Assembly: GCA_963796275.1 (NCBI GenBank)
Contig: CAWCKY010000006.1
Coordinates: 1,322,828-1,386,827, forward strand
DNA length: 64,000 nt
Reading direction: 5' to 3'
DNA from: an uncultured Acidobacteriota bacterium
GTDB taxonomy: Bacteria; Acidobacteriota; Blastocatellia; RBC074
Of this stretch, positions 9,227-19,080 are shown piece by piece. The position numbers and the translations under genes are program-made. The notes below the pieces were generated by a model. The model was not told the DNA's origin. It saw nothing but the letters and a program-made list of their open reading frames with translations, and ran no database searches. Numbering within the stretch: position 1 is the stretch's first letter; each line of letters begins with the position of its first letter.

Positions 9227-9267
9227 CAAGCTCCGGAGCGGAGCGATTCCAATGACCTTCTATTTGC
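9227..9267. repeat. fourth copy of the CTCCGGAG repeat family
   Basis: The reverse complement reads ATAGAAGGTCATTGGAATCGCTCCGCTCCGGAGCTTG. Compare TTCTATAAACGTACCGCTCCTCCGGAGCTAAG at 5341-5373. Confidence 0.5.
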
Positions 9268-9273
9268 AATCAT

Positions 9274-9750
9274 TCAATATTTGCCGTAGCCGCTGTCATG
9301 CGGCAATCCATTTTGTTTGGCGGCGCACACGGCCAATTCATCGCACCGCTCATTCTCTTTGTTCCCGGCATGTCCTCTGACCCAGACAAATTTGACTTCG
9401 TGCTGCGCGCATAAGGTGAGCAGTTGTTCCCACAGGTCGGCATTAACAGCCATCTCCTTTTTGTTTCTTCTCCACCCATTCGCCTTCCACCGGCTTGCCC
9501 AGCCCAGCGTGATAGCGTTTACCACATACTGTGAATCGCTATAAATGGTTACATCGCAGTTCGCGTTCAGTGCCTTCAACCCGGCTATCGCTGCGAAAAT
9601 TTCCATGCGGTTGTTTGTGGTCAGGCGAAAACCGCCTGATATTTCTTTTCTGGTATTTTGATATAACAGAACGGCGCCATATCCCCCGGGTCCGGGGTTG
9701 CCCAAACATGCACCGTCAGTGTAAATAACAACTTTTTTTGTATCAGACAT
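9274..9750 (-). CDS. rnhA: ribonuclease HI
   Basis: [22 protein letters not shown]...NNRMEI...DSQYV...W..NGW...N.DLW...[21 protein letters not shown] is the full RNase HI signature. Confidence 0.9.
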   Translation of the reverse strand: MSDTKKVVIYTDGACLGNPGPGGYGAVLLYQNTRKEISGGFRLTTNNRMEIFAAIAGLKALNANCDVTIYSDSQYVVNAITLGWASRWKANGWRRNKKEMAVNADLWEQLLTLCAQHEVKFVWVRGHAGNKENERCDELAVCAAKQNGLPHDSGYGKY

Positions 9751-10342
9751 CGTTGTGTTTATCTTCCAACCTCTTTCTAGTATGACGTACTGCTTCGTCG
9801 TAATGTTCTTCTAACGCTCGGTTCACTCCTCTCAGCCCTAAAACGACATCGTCTGCCCAATCCAGGTAACCCAGTCTTCTTTCAATAGACCATTCTTTTG
9901 GGGGGCTGTTACCAATATCATTTATATTGCTGATCTTGTCGGCCAGTTTGATCAGCTTTGCGGCTGTAGATTTATGATGGGAATTGGCGACCTGAAGACG
10001 CTTTCTCTCCTCTTTCGGTAAAGTTTTGTCGTCAGAAACCTCTTCGACTAAATTTAATACTTCTTTGCCGAATAATGCCTCGATCTCGCTCGGAGTGGCA
10101 TCCGTATCTTCGAGTGTGTCGTGTAGGATGGCCGCCACGATCGTATCAATATCGCGAACCGAGCCGATTCGCCATAGTATATCAGCAACAGTGATAGGAT
10201 GGTTTATGTAAGGAGAGGCATCGGCTCCCTTCCGCCTTTGATTACGGTGTTTGTGGGCGGAATACTTGATCGCAGAAATAAGGAGGGAAATTTGTTTTTC
10301 GTCTGCATTCATAATATTGCCTATCTGTTTTCCAAGTTCCAA
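9743..10342 (-). CDS. Mesh1/HDDC3-type HD-domain small alarmone hydrolase
   Basis: [23 protein letters not shown]...[10 protein letters not shown]...[21 protein letters not shown]...[11 protein letters not shown] aligns nearly end-to-end with metazoan MESH1 as I recall that sequence. It overlaps rnhA by 8 nt. Confidence 0.85.
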   Translation of the reverse strand: MELGKQIGNIMNADEKQISLLISAIKYSAHKHRNQRRKGADASPYINHPITVADILWRIGSVRDIDTIVAAILHDTLEDTDATPSEIEALFGKEVLNLVEEVSDDKTLPKEERKRLQVANSHHKSTAAKLIKLADKISNINDIGNSPPKEWSIERRLGYLDWADDVVLGLRGVNRALEEHYDEAVRHTRKRLEDKHNDV

Positions 10343-10379
10343 TTATCATTTATCATCTGACTTTGCTTAGTTTTGTAGA

Positions 10380-11795
10380 TTGAATAATAAAATGCTACTG
10401 ACAATTACTACAACACATTCACCGGCGACAGATCTCGGGTATTTACTGCACAAAAATCCGGCTCGCACACAAACATTCGACCTGAGCTTCGGCCGGGCAC
10501 ATGTTTTCTATCCCGAAGCCCGGGAAGAGAGATGCACGGCCGCATTGCTGCTCGATATTGATCCCGTCGGACTTGTGCGTGGAAGGCATGGGCCCGCGGG
10601 TGAGGGCGGCATGCTGGGGCAATATGTCAATGACCGACCATACGTTGCCTCGTCATTTTTGAGCGTTGCCATCTCGCAAATATTTGGCACAGCGATGTCC
10701 GGACGGAGCAAGGAAAGGCCGGAATTAGCAGAAACGGCGCTGCCGTTTCAAGTAAAGATCACCGCTCTACCGTGTCGCGGAGGTAAAGATGTGTTGCAGA
10801 GGTTGTTTGAGCCACTCGGTTACGAGGTGAGGGCGCAGAGCCACGTCCTTGATGATAGTTTTCCCGAGTGGGGCGACAGCATGTATTTCACCGTTGAACT
10901 GGATGTCATAGCGCGTTTGCGCCAATTACTTGCGCATATATATGTGCTCGTTCCGGTGCTCGATGCCGACAAGCACTACTGGATAGGCGATGCGGAGGTG
11001 GAGAAACTGCTGCGGCACGGTGAGGACTGGCTGGCGTCACATCCTGAGCGCGAGCTGGTCGTCAGACGCTATCTGAAGCATCGCAAGCAGCTGACGCAGC
11101 AGGCGTTTGAGAGATTGCTTGAGGAGGACAATCGAAACGCCGATGAAAAAGCCGAGTCCCACTCTCGTGAAGAGGATGTTTGGGAAGCGAAGATCAGCCT
11201 CAGCCAGCAACGGCTCGATACGGTTGTGTCTGTTTTGAAGGAACATGATGCGAGACGCGTCATTGATCTGGGCTGCGGCGAGGGCGGGCTGCTAGGGGCA
11301 CTGTTAAAAGACAAGTTCTTCATTGAGTTGCTCGGCGTCGATGTCTCATACCGCGCCCTGGAAGTTGCACAGGAGCGGTTGAAGCTGGATCATCTTCCGG
11401 ATCATCAGAAATCGCGCATCAGACTGTTGCAAGGATCTCTGACATACCGCGACAGGCGGTTAGCGGGCTTTGATGCGGCCACCGTGGTTGAGGTGATCGA
11501 ACATCTCGATCCGCCGCGACTGGTGGCGTTTGAGAGATCGCTCTTCGAATTCGCCCGGCCACCGATCGTATTGATCACCACGCCGAATGCCGAATACAAC
11601 GTGAAGTTTGAAAACCTCCCCGCAGGTAACCTGCGGCACAGGGATCATCGGTTCGAATGGACTCGCGCAGAATTTCAGCAATGGGCTGTAAATGTGGCGC
11701 AAAGATTCGGATATTCGGTTCGCTTTCTTACTATCGGACCGGTCGATGATGTCCTGGGAGCTCCGAGCCAGTTGGGAGTATTTACCAAGATATGA
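10380..11795 (+). CDS. hen1: 3'-terminal RNA ribose 2'-O-methyltransferase Hen1
   Basis: MLLTITTTHSPATDLGYLLHKNP is the characteristic bacterial Hen1 N-terminus, with a probable start at ATG 10392. The C-terminal SAM motif is VIDLGCGEG. The stop overlaps the pnkp ATG (ATGA). Confidence 0.85.
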   Translation: MNNKMLLTITTTHSPATDLGYLLHKNPARTQTFDLSFGRAHVFYPEAREERCTAALLLDIDPVGLVRGRHGPAGEGGMLGQYVNDRPYVASSFLSVAISQIFGTAMSGRSKERPELAETALPFQVKITALPCRGGKDVLQRLFEPLGYEVRAQSHVLDDSFPEWGDSMYFTVELDVIARLRQLLAHIYVLVPVLDADKHYWIGDAEVEKLLRHGEDWLASHPERELVVRRYLKHRKQLTQQAFERLLEEDNRNADEKAESHSREEDVWEAKISLSQQRLDTVVSVLKEHDARRVIDLGCGEGGLLGALLKDKFFIELLGVDVSYRALEVAQERLKLDHLPDHQKSRIRLLQGSLTYRDRRLAGFDAATVVEVIEHLDPPRLVAFERSLFEFARPPIVLITTPNAEYNVKFENLPAGNLRHRDHRFEWTRAEFQQWAVNVAQRFGYSVRFLTIGPVDDVLGAPSQLGVFTKI

Positions 11796-14383
11796 AGCTC
11801 AATCTACCGGAACTGTCTCTCGTCGTTCTGATCGGCGCCTCGGGTTCCGGAAAGTCGACTTTTGCGCGAAAGCATTTCAAACCGACAGAGGTGATATCGT
11901 CGGATTACTGTCGAGGTTTGGTGTCGGACGACGAGAATAGCCTGGATGCGACTAAGGATGCTTTTGAGATTTTAAATTTCATTGCTGCAAAAAGGCTCGC
12001 AGCCGGTAGATTGACGGTCATAGACGCTACCAGCGTCCAGCCTGAAGCGCGCAAGCCTCTGATAACGCTGGCGCGCGAATATCACGTGTTGCCGGTTGCC
12101 ATCGTTCTCAACCTCCCTGAAAAGGTCTGCCAGGATCGCAATAAGCTACGTCCGGATCGCAACTTCGGCTCGCACGTCATCAGACAGCAGCAACAGAGAC
12201 TGAGGCGATCGCTTAATGATTTGGAGAAGGAGGGATTTCGGAACGTCTACATCCTGAGATCGCCGGAAGAGATTGATGCTGTCACGATCGAACGGCAAAG
12301 GCTCTGGAATGATCGGCGGGATGAACACGGCCCGTTTGACATCATCGGAGATGTGCATGGCTGCTACGACGAGCTGACGAACCTGTTGGAGAAACTCGGC
12401 TACGAGATTAAGTCGGTCAGTCCGGATGGTCCACCGGCCGGCGATAACCTGGTTTATGAGCATCCGCAGAAGCGGAAAGCCATATTCCTCGGCGACCTGG
12501 TCGACCGTGGGCCACGAATTCTCGAGACCTTGGAGCTCGTCAAGAATATGGTCGTGGCGGAGTCGGCTTTGTGCGTGCCAGGCAATCACGATGTCAAGTT
12601 CGCCAGGCTCCTCCGCGGTCGCAACGTGAGACTCGCGCACGGACTCGATCAGAGTAAGGCCGAGATGGACGCATTGCCGGAGGCTCTGCGCAGTCGGTTA
12701 GCGACCGGTCTCGCCGATTTCATCGAATCGTTGGTGAGCCATTTTGTGCTGGATGATGGGGGACTCGTCGTAGCTCATGCGGGAATGAAAGAGACGCTCC
12801 AGGGTAGAAGCTCAGGGAAAGTTCGCGATTTCGCGCTCTACGGCGAAACGACCGGTGAGACGGATGAGTTCGGCTTGCCTGTACGTTATAACTGGGCGGC
12901 CGAGTATCGCGGCAAAAGCATGGTCGTATACGGTCACACGCCTGTGCCGGAAGCGGAATGGCTAAATAACACGATCTGTATTGATACCGGATGTGTGTTC
13001 GGCGGTAAATTGACAGCATTGCGCTACCCGGAAAGAGAATTGGTCGCGGTTACTGCTGCGCGCGTTTATTACGACTCGATCAAACCTCTTCTGACCATAA
13101 ATGCGAGCTCGACACCGATGACGGCTCAGCAGGAGCATGATGACATCCTCGATATCGAAGATGTGTCGGGCAAGCGCATCATCCAGACCAGGCTGATTAG
13201 CAATGTGACGATTCGTGAAGAGAACGCGATCGCAGCGCTCGAGGTGATGAGCCGTTTCGCCGCGAACCCGAAATGGTTGATCTATCTGCCTCCCACTATG
13301 TCGCCGCCGGCGACCGCGCAAGAAGCAGGACTGCTGGAACATCCGTCGGAGGCGTTCTCCTATTTCGCGAACGAAGGCGTGGCGCAGGTTGTCTGCCAAG
13401 AGAAGCACATGGGATCGCGCGCCATAGTGATCGTTTGCCGCGACGAGGGCGCGGCGCACAAGCGATTCGGTATTGCCGGCGAAGGCAGAGGCATAGTCTA
13501 TACGCGCACGGGGCGGCGCTTCTTCGATGATCGAGATATCGAGACCGAATTTGTTAGTCGTTTGCATACGGCCGTCGGCGCAGCCGGGTTTTGGGAGGAG
13601 TTCGATACCGATTGGGTCTGTCTTGATTGTGAATTGATGCCATGGTCGGCTAAGGCGCAGGAATTGCTGCGCCGGCAGTATGCGGCGGTCGGTGCGGCTG
13701 CACGCGCTTCTCTACCTGCCGTCCTTGCATCGCTGCAGCAAGCTGCTGAACGCGACAGCGATGCCGCGCGACTGCTGGAGCGCTACCGGGAATCCGCTGA
13801 ATTGATAGAAAAATACGTTAATAGCTATCGACATTACTGCTGGCCGGTGCATTCAGTCGATGACCTGAAGCTTGCGCCTTTTCATCTACTGGCGACCGAA
13901 GGTGTGGCGCACGTAATGAGAGATCATGTCTGGCATATGAAGACGCTGGGTCGCCTCTGCCGCGCCGATGAGGGTCTATTGCTGGCTACCGATTATAAAG
14001 TTATTGAAATTTCTGATGAATCCAACCGGCGCGCGGGAATCGAGTGGTGGGAATCGCTGACCAGCCGAGGCGGCGAAGGGATGGTAGTGAAACCTCTCGA
14101 TTTCATCGTCAATGGGCGTCGAGGGCTGGCCCAGCCGGCGGTTAAATGTCGCGGGCGTGAATACCTTCGGATAATTTACGGGCCTGAGTACACGATTGCA
14201 GGTAACCTGGAGAGGCTCCGGGAGCGGGAGTTGCGTCACAAACGCTCTCTGGCGCTGCGCGAATTCACGTTAGGCCTAGAAGCTCTCGAGAGATTCGTTC
14301 TCCGCGAACCGCTACGGCGCGTTCATGAATGTGTCTTCGGCGTTCTAGCTCTGGAGAGCGAACCGATCGATCCGCGACTTTGA
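11792..14383 (+). CDS. pnkp: polynucleotide kinase-phosphatase/ligase Pnkp
   Basis: It has a P-loop GASGSGKST. The calcineurin-type phosphoesterase motifs GDVHGC, GDLVDRG and GNHD are present. The C-terminal ligase-like domain carries QEKHMGSR (KxxG). The protein is 863 aa and adjacent to hen1. Confidence 0.85.
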   Translation: MKLNLPELSLVVLIGASGSGKSTFARKHFKPTEVISSDYCRGLVSDDENSLDATKDAFEILNFIAAKRLAAGRLTVIDATSVQPEARKPLITLAREYHVLPVAIVLNLPEKVCQDRNKLRPDRNFGSHVIRQQQQRLRRSLNDLEKEGFRNVYILRSPEEIDAVTIERQRLWNDRRDEHGPFDIIGDVHGCYDELTNLLEKLGYEIKSVSPDGPPAGDNLVYEHPQKRKAIFLGDLVDRGPRILETLELVKNMVVAESALCVPGNHDVKFARLLRGRNVRLAHGLDQSKAEMDALPEALRSRLATGLADFIESLVSHFVLDDGGLVVAHAGMKETLQGRSSGKVRDFALYGETTGETDEFGLPVRYNWAAEYRGKSMVVYGHTPVPEAEWLNNTICIDTGCVFGGKLTALRYPERELVAVTAARVYYDSIKPLLTINASSTPMTAQQEHDDILDIEDVSGKRIIQTRLISNVTIREENAIAALEVMSRFAANPKWLIYLPPTMSPPATAQEAGLLEHPSEAFSYFANEGVAQVVCQEKHMGSRAIVIVCRDEGAAHKRFGIAGEGRGIVYTRTGRRFFDDRDIETEFVSRLHTAVGAAGFWEEFDTDWVCLDCELMPWSAKAQELLRRQYAAVGAAARASLPAVLASLQQAAERDSDAARLLERYRESAELIEKYVNSYRHYCWPVHSVDDLKLAPFHLLATEGVAHVMRDHVWHMKTLGRLCRADEGLLLATDYKVIEISDESNRRAGIEWWESLTSRGGEGMVVKPLDFIVNGRRGLAQPAVKCRGREYLRIIYGPEYTIAGNLERLRERELRHKRSLALREFTLGLEALERFVLREPLRRVHECVFGVLALESEPIDPRL

Positions 14384-14456
14384 ACAGACAGCTCACCGCC
14401 AAACCTGCATAGCTAAACGAAAGACATAAAGGAATCCTTTCATATTTGCTTAAAAT

Positions 14457-16214
<1,758 letters not shown>

Positions 16215-16229
16215 CCCCAGCTGATTTCA

Positions 16230-17636
16230 CTATGGATGTGTCATCTCTTCCGGCCGAATAAGCTCGTCAAATTCCGCGCCGGTCAGGCATCCGAGCCTCA
16301 GGCATGCTTCACGGAGCGTGATTCCTTCCACATAGGCAAGATGAGCGATCCTGGCTGCCTTGTCGTAGCCGATCTTTGGACTCAGCGCGGTAACGAGCAT
16401 GAGCGAGTTCTTGACGTAATAATCCACCTTTTCCCGGTTGATTGTCATGCCATCGATCATATATTTGACGAAACCGTAGCACGCGTCGTGGATCAGAGTG
16501 ACCGATTGCAAAAAGTTATGGATGATCACAGGTTTGAATACATTGAGTTCGAGGTTTCCCTGTGATCCGGCAAATGAGATCGCGGCATTATTGCCATGCA
16601 CCTGAACCGCGACCATCGACATAGCTTCGCACTGCGTCGGGTTGACTTTTCCCGGCATAATCGAGGAGCCGGGCTCGTTTTCAGGTAATCTCAGTTCGCC
16701 TATCCCGCAGCGCGGACCCGAGGCGAGCAGGCGAATATCATTGGCTATTTTCATCAGGGATCCGGCCAGCGTATTGATCGCCCCGTGTGCAAAGACGAGT
16801 TCATCATGCGCAGAGAGCGCGGCGAATTTGTTCGGATGAGTGCGGAAGGGCAGCCCGGTCATTTCTGCGATCTTTGCCGCCATGCGTACGGCGAACTCAG
16901 GAGGAGCATTCAACCCGGTTCCGACTGCCGTACCTCCGATGGCGAGATCGTACAAACCGTCGAGCGCAATCTTCAGTCGTTCGATATCACGCTCGAGCAG
17001 ACTGGCCCATCCCGACATCTCCTGTTCAACGGTGAGCGGCGTGGCGTCCTGCAGATGCGTGCGGCCGATCTTAACTACGTCCGCCAGCTCCCTGGCCTTG
17101 GCCGCAATTGCCAAATGAACTCGCAGAACCGCGGGTATCAAGTCGTTGTGAATCCGTTCGGCCGCTGCAATGTGCATCGCGGTCGGGAACGCATCGTTCG
17201 ACGATTGCGACATATTGACGTGGTCATTGGGATGGATGGGGTCCTTGGAACCCAGCTCGCCACCGGAGATCTCGATCGCGCGGTTGGCGATGACCTCGTT
17301 GATGTTCATGTTGGTCTGAGTGCCGCTTCCCGTCTGCCAGATGCGCAGAGGGAACTGGTCATCGAGTTTTCCGGAGATGACTTCATCGGCGGCTTGCGCG
17401 ATGAGCGCCGCTTTTTCTGCCGGCAATCGTCCCAGCTCCATATTGACCTGGGCTGCCGCTGATTTCAGGAGGCCGAGCGCGCGTATCATTTCGTGCGGCA
17501 TCTTGTCGCTTCCGATCTTGAAATGGATGAGCGAGCGTTCCGTCTGAGCGCCCCAGTAGACGTCGGCGGGTACATCGATCGGTCCCAGACTGTCGTTTTC
17601 GATGCGCTTCGCTTTTTTTGTTTTTGAGCGAGCCAT
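16230..17636 (-). CDS. fumC: class II fumarate hydratase
   Basis: [16 protein letters not shown] signature, plus the lyase_1 N-terminal motifs. 468 aa. Confidence 0.95.
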   Translation of the reverse strand: MARSKTKKAKRIENDSLGPIDVPADVYWGAQTERSLIHFKIGSDKMPHEMIRALGLLKSAAAQVNMELGRLPAEKAALIAQAADEVISGKLDDQFPLRIWQTGSGTQTNMNINEVIANRAIEISGGELGSKDPIHPNDHVNMSQSSNDAFPTAMHIAAAERIHNDLIPAVLRVHLAIAAKARELADVVKIGRTHLQDATPLTVEQEMSGWASLLERDIERLKIALDGLYDLAIGGTAVGTGLNAPPEFAVRMAAKIAEMTGLPFRTHPNKFAALSAHDELVFAHGAINTLAGSLMKIANDIRLLASGPRCGIGELRLPENEPGSSIMPGKVNPTQCEAMSMVAVQVHGNNAAISFAGSQGNLELNVFKPVIIHNFLQSVTLIHDACYGFVKYMIDGMTINREKVDYYVKNSLMLVTALSPKIGYDKAARIAHLAYVEGITLREACLRLGCLTGAEFDELIRPEEMTHP

Positions 17637-17643
17637 GGCAAAA

Positions 17644-17811
17644 CAGTTCTCAGTTTTCAGTTTTCAGTTTTCAGTTGGGAATGTTGGTCAGCATCTAAAA
17701 ACGGAAAACTGTTATCAGAGGAGGTAAATATATTAACATTATTGTCCAAAGCAGTTTCCCGATTTTATTTGGGGCCTACAACTGAAAACCGAAAACTGAA
17801 AACTGAAAACT
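17644..17811. repeat. inverted pair of heptamer tandem arrays, (CAGTTTT)n ... (AAAACTG)n, separated by ~100 nt
   Basis: The left arm at 17644-17678 is CAGTTCT CAGTTTT CAGTTTT CAGTTTT CAGTTGG. The right arm at 17779-17811 is CAACTGAAAACCGAAAACTGAAAACTGAAAACTA. The arms are complementary with 1-2 mismatches. The left arm starts 8 nt from the fumC start codon. Confidence 0.85.
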
Positions 17812-18000
17812 ATTTCTAGTCTGCAGGGTATCTGTACTCAACTTTTTTCCCTATAATGTCGCCATTCCGCAGAGACCCGGGAATCGGAGAGGGATTTTCC
17901 CACGACAGTCCATCGATACCGCGAATTTTGGTTTGTGGGGTAATTTGACTTTTGATTCCAGAATGTCAATCCATCACTAAATACTGGAGGCTGAGAGATA

Positions 18001-18984
18001 ATGAAATCATTTTATAACCAACCTCTCGTTGGTTGCTTGATTGCGCTGTTAGCATTAGCCGGTCTGTCGTGCAACTCGAACGAAACGAGAAGCGGAGAGG
18101 GTAAGACGCTGCGCCTGGCGTTCGTGACCAACAATTCTTCCGATTTCTGGACGATTGCGCGTAAAGGGACAGAAAAAGCTGATACTGAGCTGGAGAATGT
18201 CGAGGTCGAATTCAGAATCAATTCGGATGACACGGCGGCCGGACAGCAGCGCGTGGTAGACGATCTGCTCGCCAAGGGGGTCGATGGAATTGCCATCAGC
18301 CCCGTCGATCCGAAAAACCAGGTTCAGATGATCAACGCCGCATCGAGCAAGGCGCTGGTCATCACGCAGGACAGCGATGCGGCTGATAGTAATCGCACCT
18401 GCTACATCGGCACCGACAACGTGGCTGCCGGCAAGCAGGCAGGCGAACTGATAAAAGAGGCTCTGCCGCAGGGCGGAAATATCATGATTTTCGTTGGAAT
18501 ACTCGATGCCCAGAACGCGCGTGAGCGGAAGAGCGGGATTGAACAGGCGCTGGAGGGCTCGAACGTCAAAATCCTCGATGTCCGGACTGACAACGCCGAC
18601 CGCGTGGCCGCTAAAAAGAATGCCGCTGATACACTGGTCAAATATCCCGATATATCCGCGCTCGTCGGCCTCTGGTCGTATAACGGCCCGGCCATCCTCA
18701 GCGCAGTCAAAGAGGCTGGGAAAGTCGGAAAAGTGAAGATCATCGCCTTCGACGAAGAGGATGATACGCTCGCGGGCATCAAGGAAGGAGCCATCTATGC
18801 GACGGTGGTTCAACAGCCCTTTAGATTTGGCTACCAATCGATACAGCTGATGACGAAAGTGATTGGCGGTGACCGGTCCGATCTCACTCCATCGAAGCAG
18901 ATCTATATTCCGACACTTATCATCAAGCAAGATAAGGTGGATGAGTTCATAACAGAAATCAATAAGCTGCGCGGTCGTAGCTGA
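18001..18984 (+). CDS. sugar-type ABC transporter substrate-binding lipoprotein (Peripla_BP_4-like)
   Basis: It has the lipobox LALAGLSC. LRLAFVTNNSSDFW...VDGIAISPVD...YIGTDN..AG resembles ribose/AI-2-type binding proteins. No permease or ATPase gene is adjacent. Confidence 0.8.
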   Translation: MKSFYNQPLVGCLIALLALAGLSCNSNETRSGEGKTLRLAFVTNNSSDFWTIARKGTEKADTELENVEVEFRINSDDTAAGQQRVVDDLLAKGVDGIAISPVDPKNQVQMINAASSKALVITQDSDAADSNRTCYIGTDNVAAGKQAGELIKEALPQGGNIMIFVGILDAQNARERKSGIEQALEGSNVKILDVRTDNADRVAAKKNAADTLVKYPDISALVGLWSYNGPAILSAVKEAGKVGKVKIIAFDEEDDTLAGIKEGAIYATVVQQPFRFGYQSIQLMTKVIGGDRSDLTPSKQIYIPTLIIKQDKVDEFITEINKLRGRS

Positions 18985-19006
18985 AGCGTTCCAGTAGAGA
19001 AGAGTA

Positions 19007-19056
19007 TAAGCGACCTGAACGTGTGGCGGCCATTTTATCGTGGTTCAGGTCGCTTA
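19007..19056. terminator. hairpin between convergent genes (bidirectional terminator candidate)
   Basis: TAAGCGACCTGAAC (19007-19020) pairs with GTTCAGGTCGCTTA (19043-19056) as a perfect 14-bp stem around a 22-nt loop. Confidence 0.6.
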
Positions 19057-19080
19057 CGCTCCCGCTACTGAACCTTATCT

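Noticed and set aside
12962-13567. A 201-aa minus-strand ORF (and 12146..12640) inside pnkp.
   Set aside because: It is antisense to a gene with P-loop, phosphoesterase and ligase motifs, and it has no motif of its own.
16785-17462. A 225-aa plus-strand ORF, and two nested ones, inside fumC.
   Set aside because: fumC on the minus strand is certain from the [16 protein letters not shown] signature. The antisense frames are Arg-rich artefacts.
17644-17811. A possible CRISPR array or other spacer-repeat structure, from the heptamer arrays here and the 9-nt repeats at 24817-24859.
   Set aside because: The units are 7-9 nt and directly tandem, with no spacers. No cas genes are present. These are simple tandem or inverted repeats.
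18055-18930. A 291-aa ORF on the minus strand, entirely inside the sugar-binding protein gene.
   Set aside because: It is an antisense shadow ORF. The plus-strand product has clear family motifs and a lipobox, while the minus-strand translation is low-complexity and Arg/Asp-rich with no motif.
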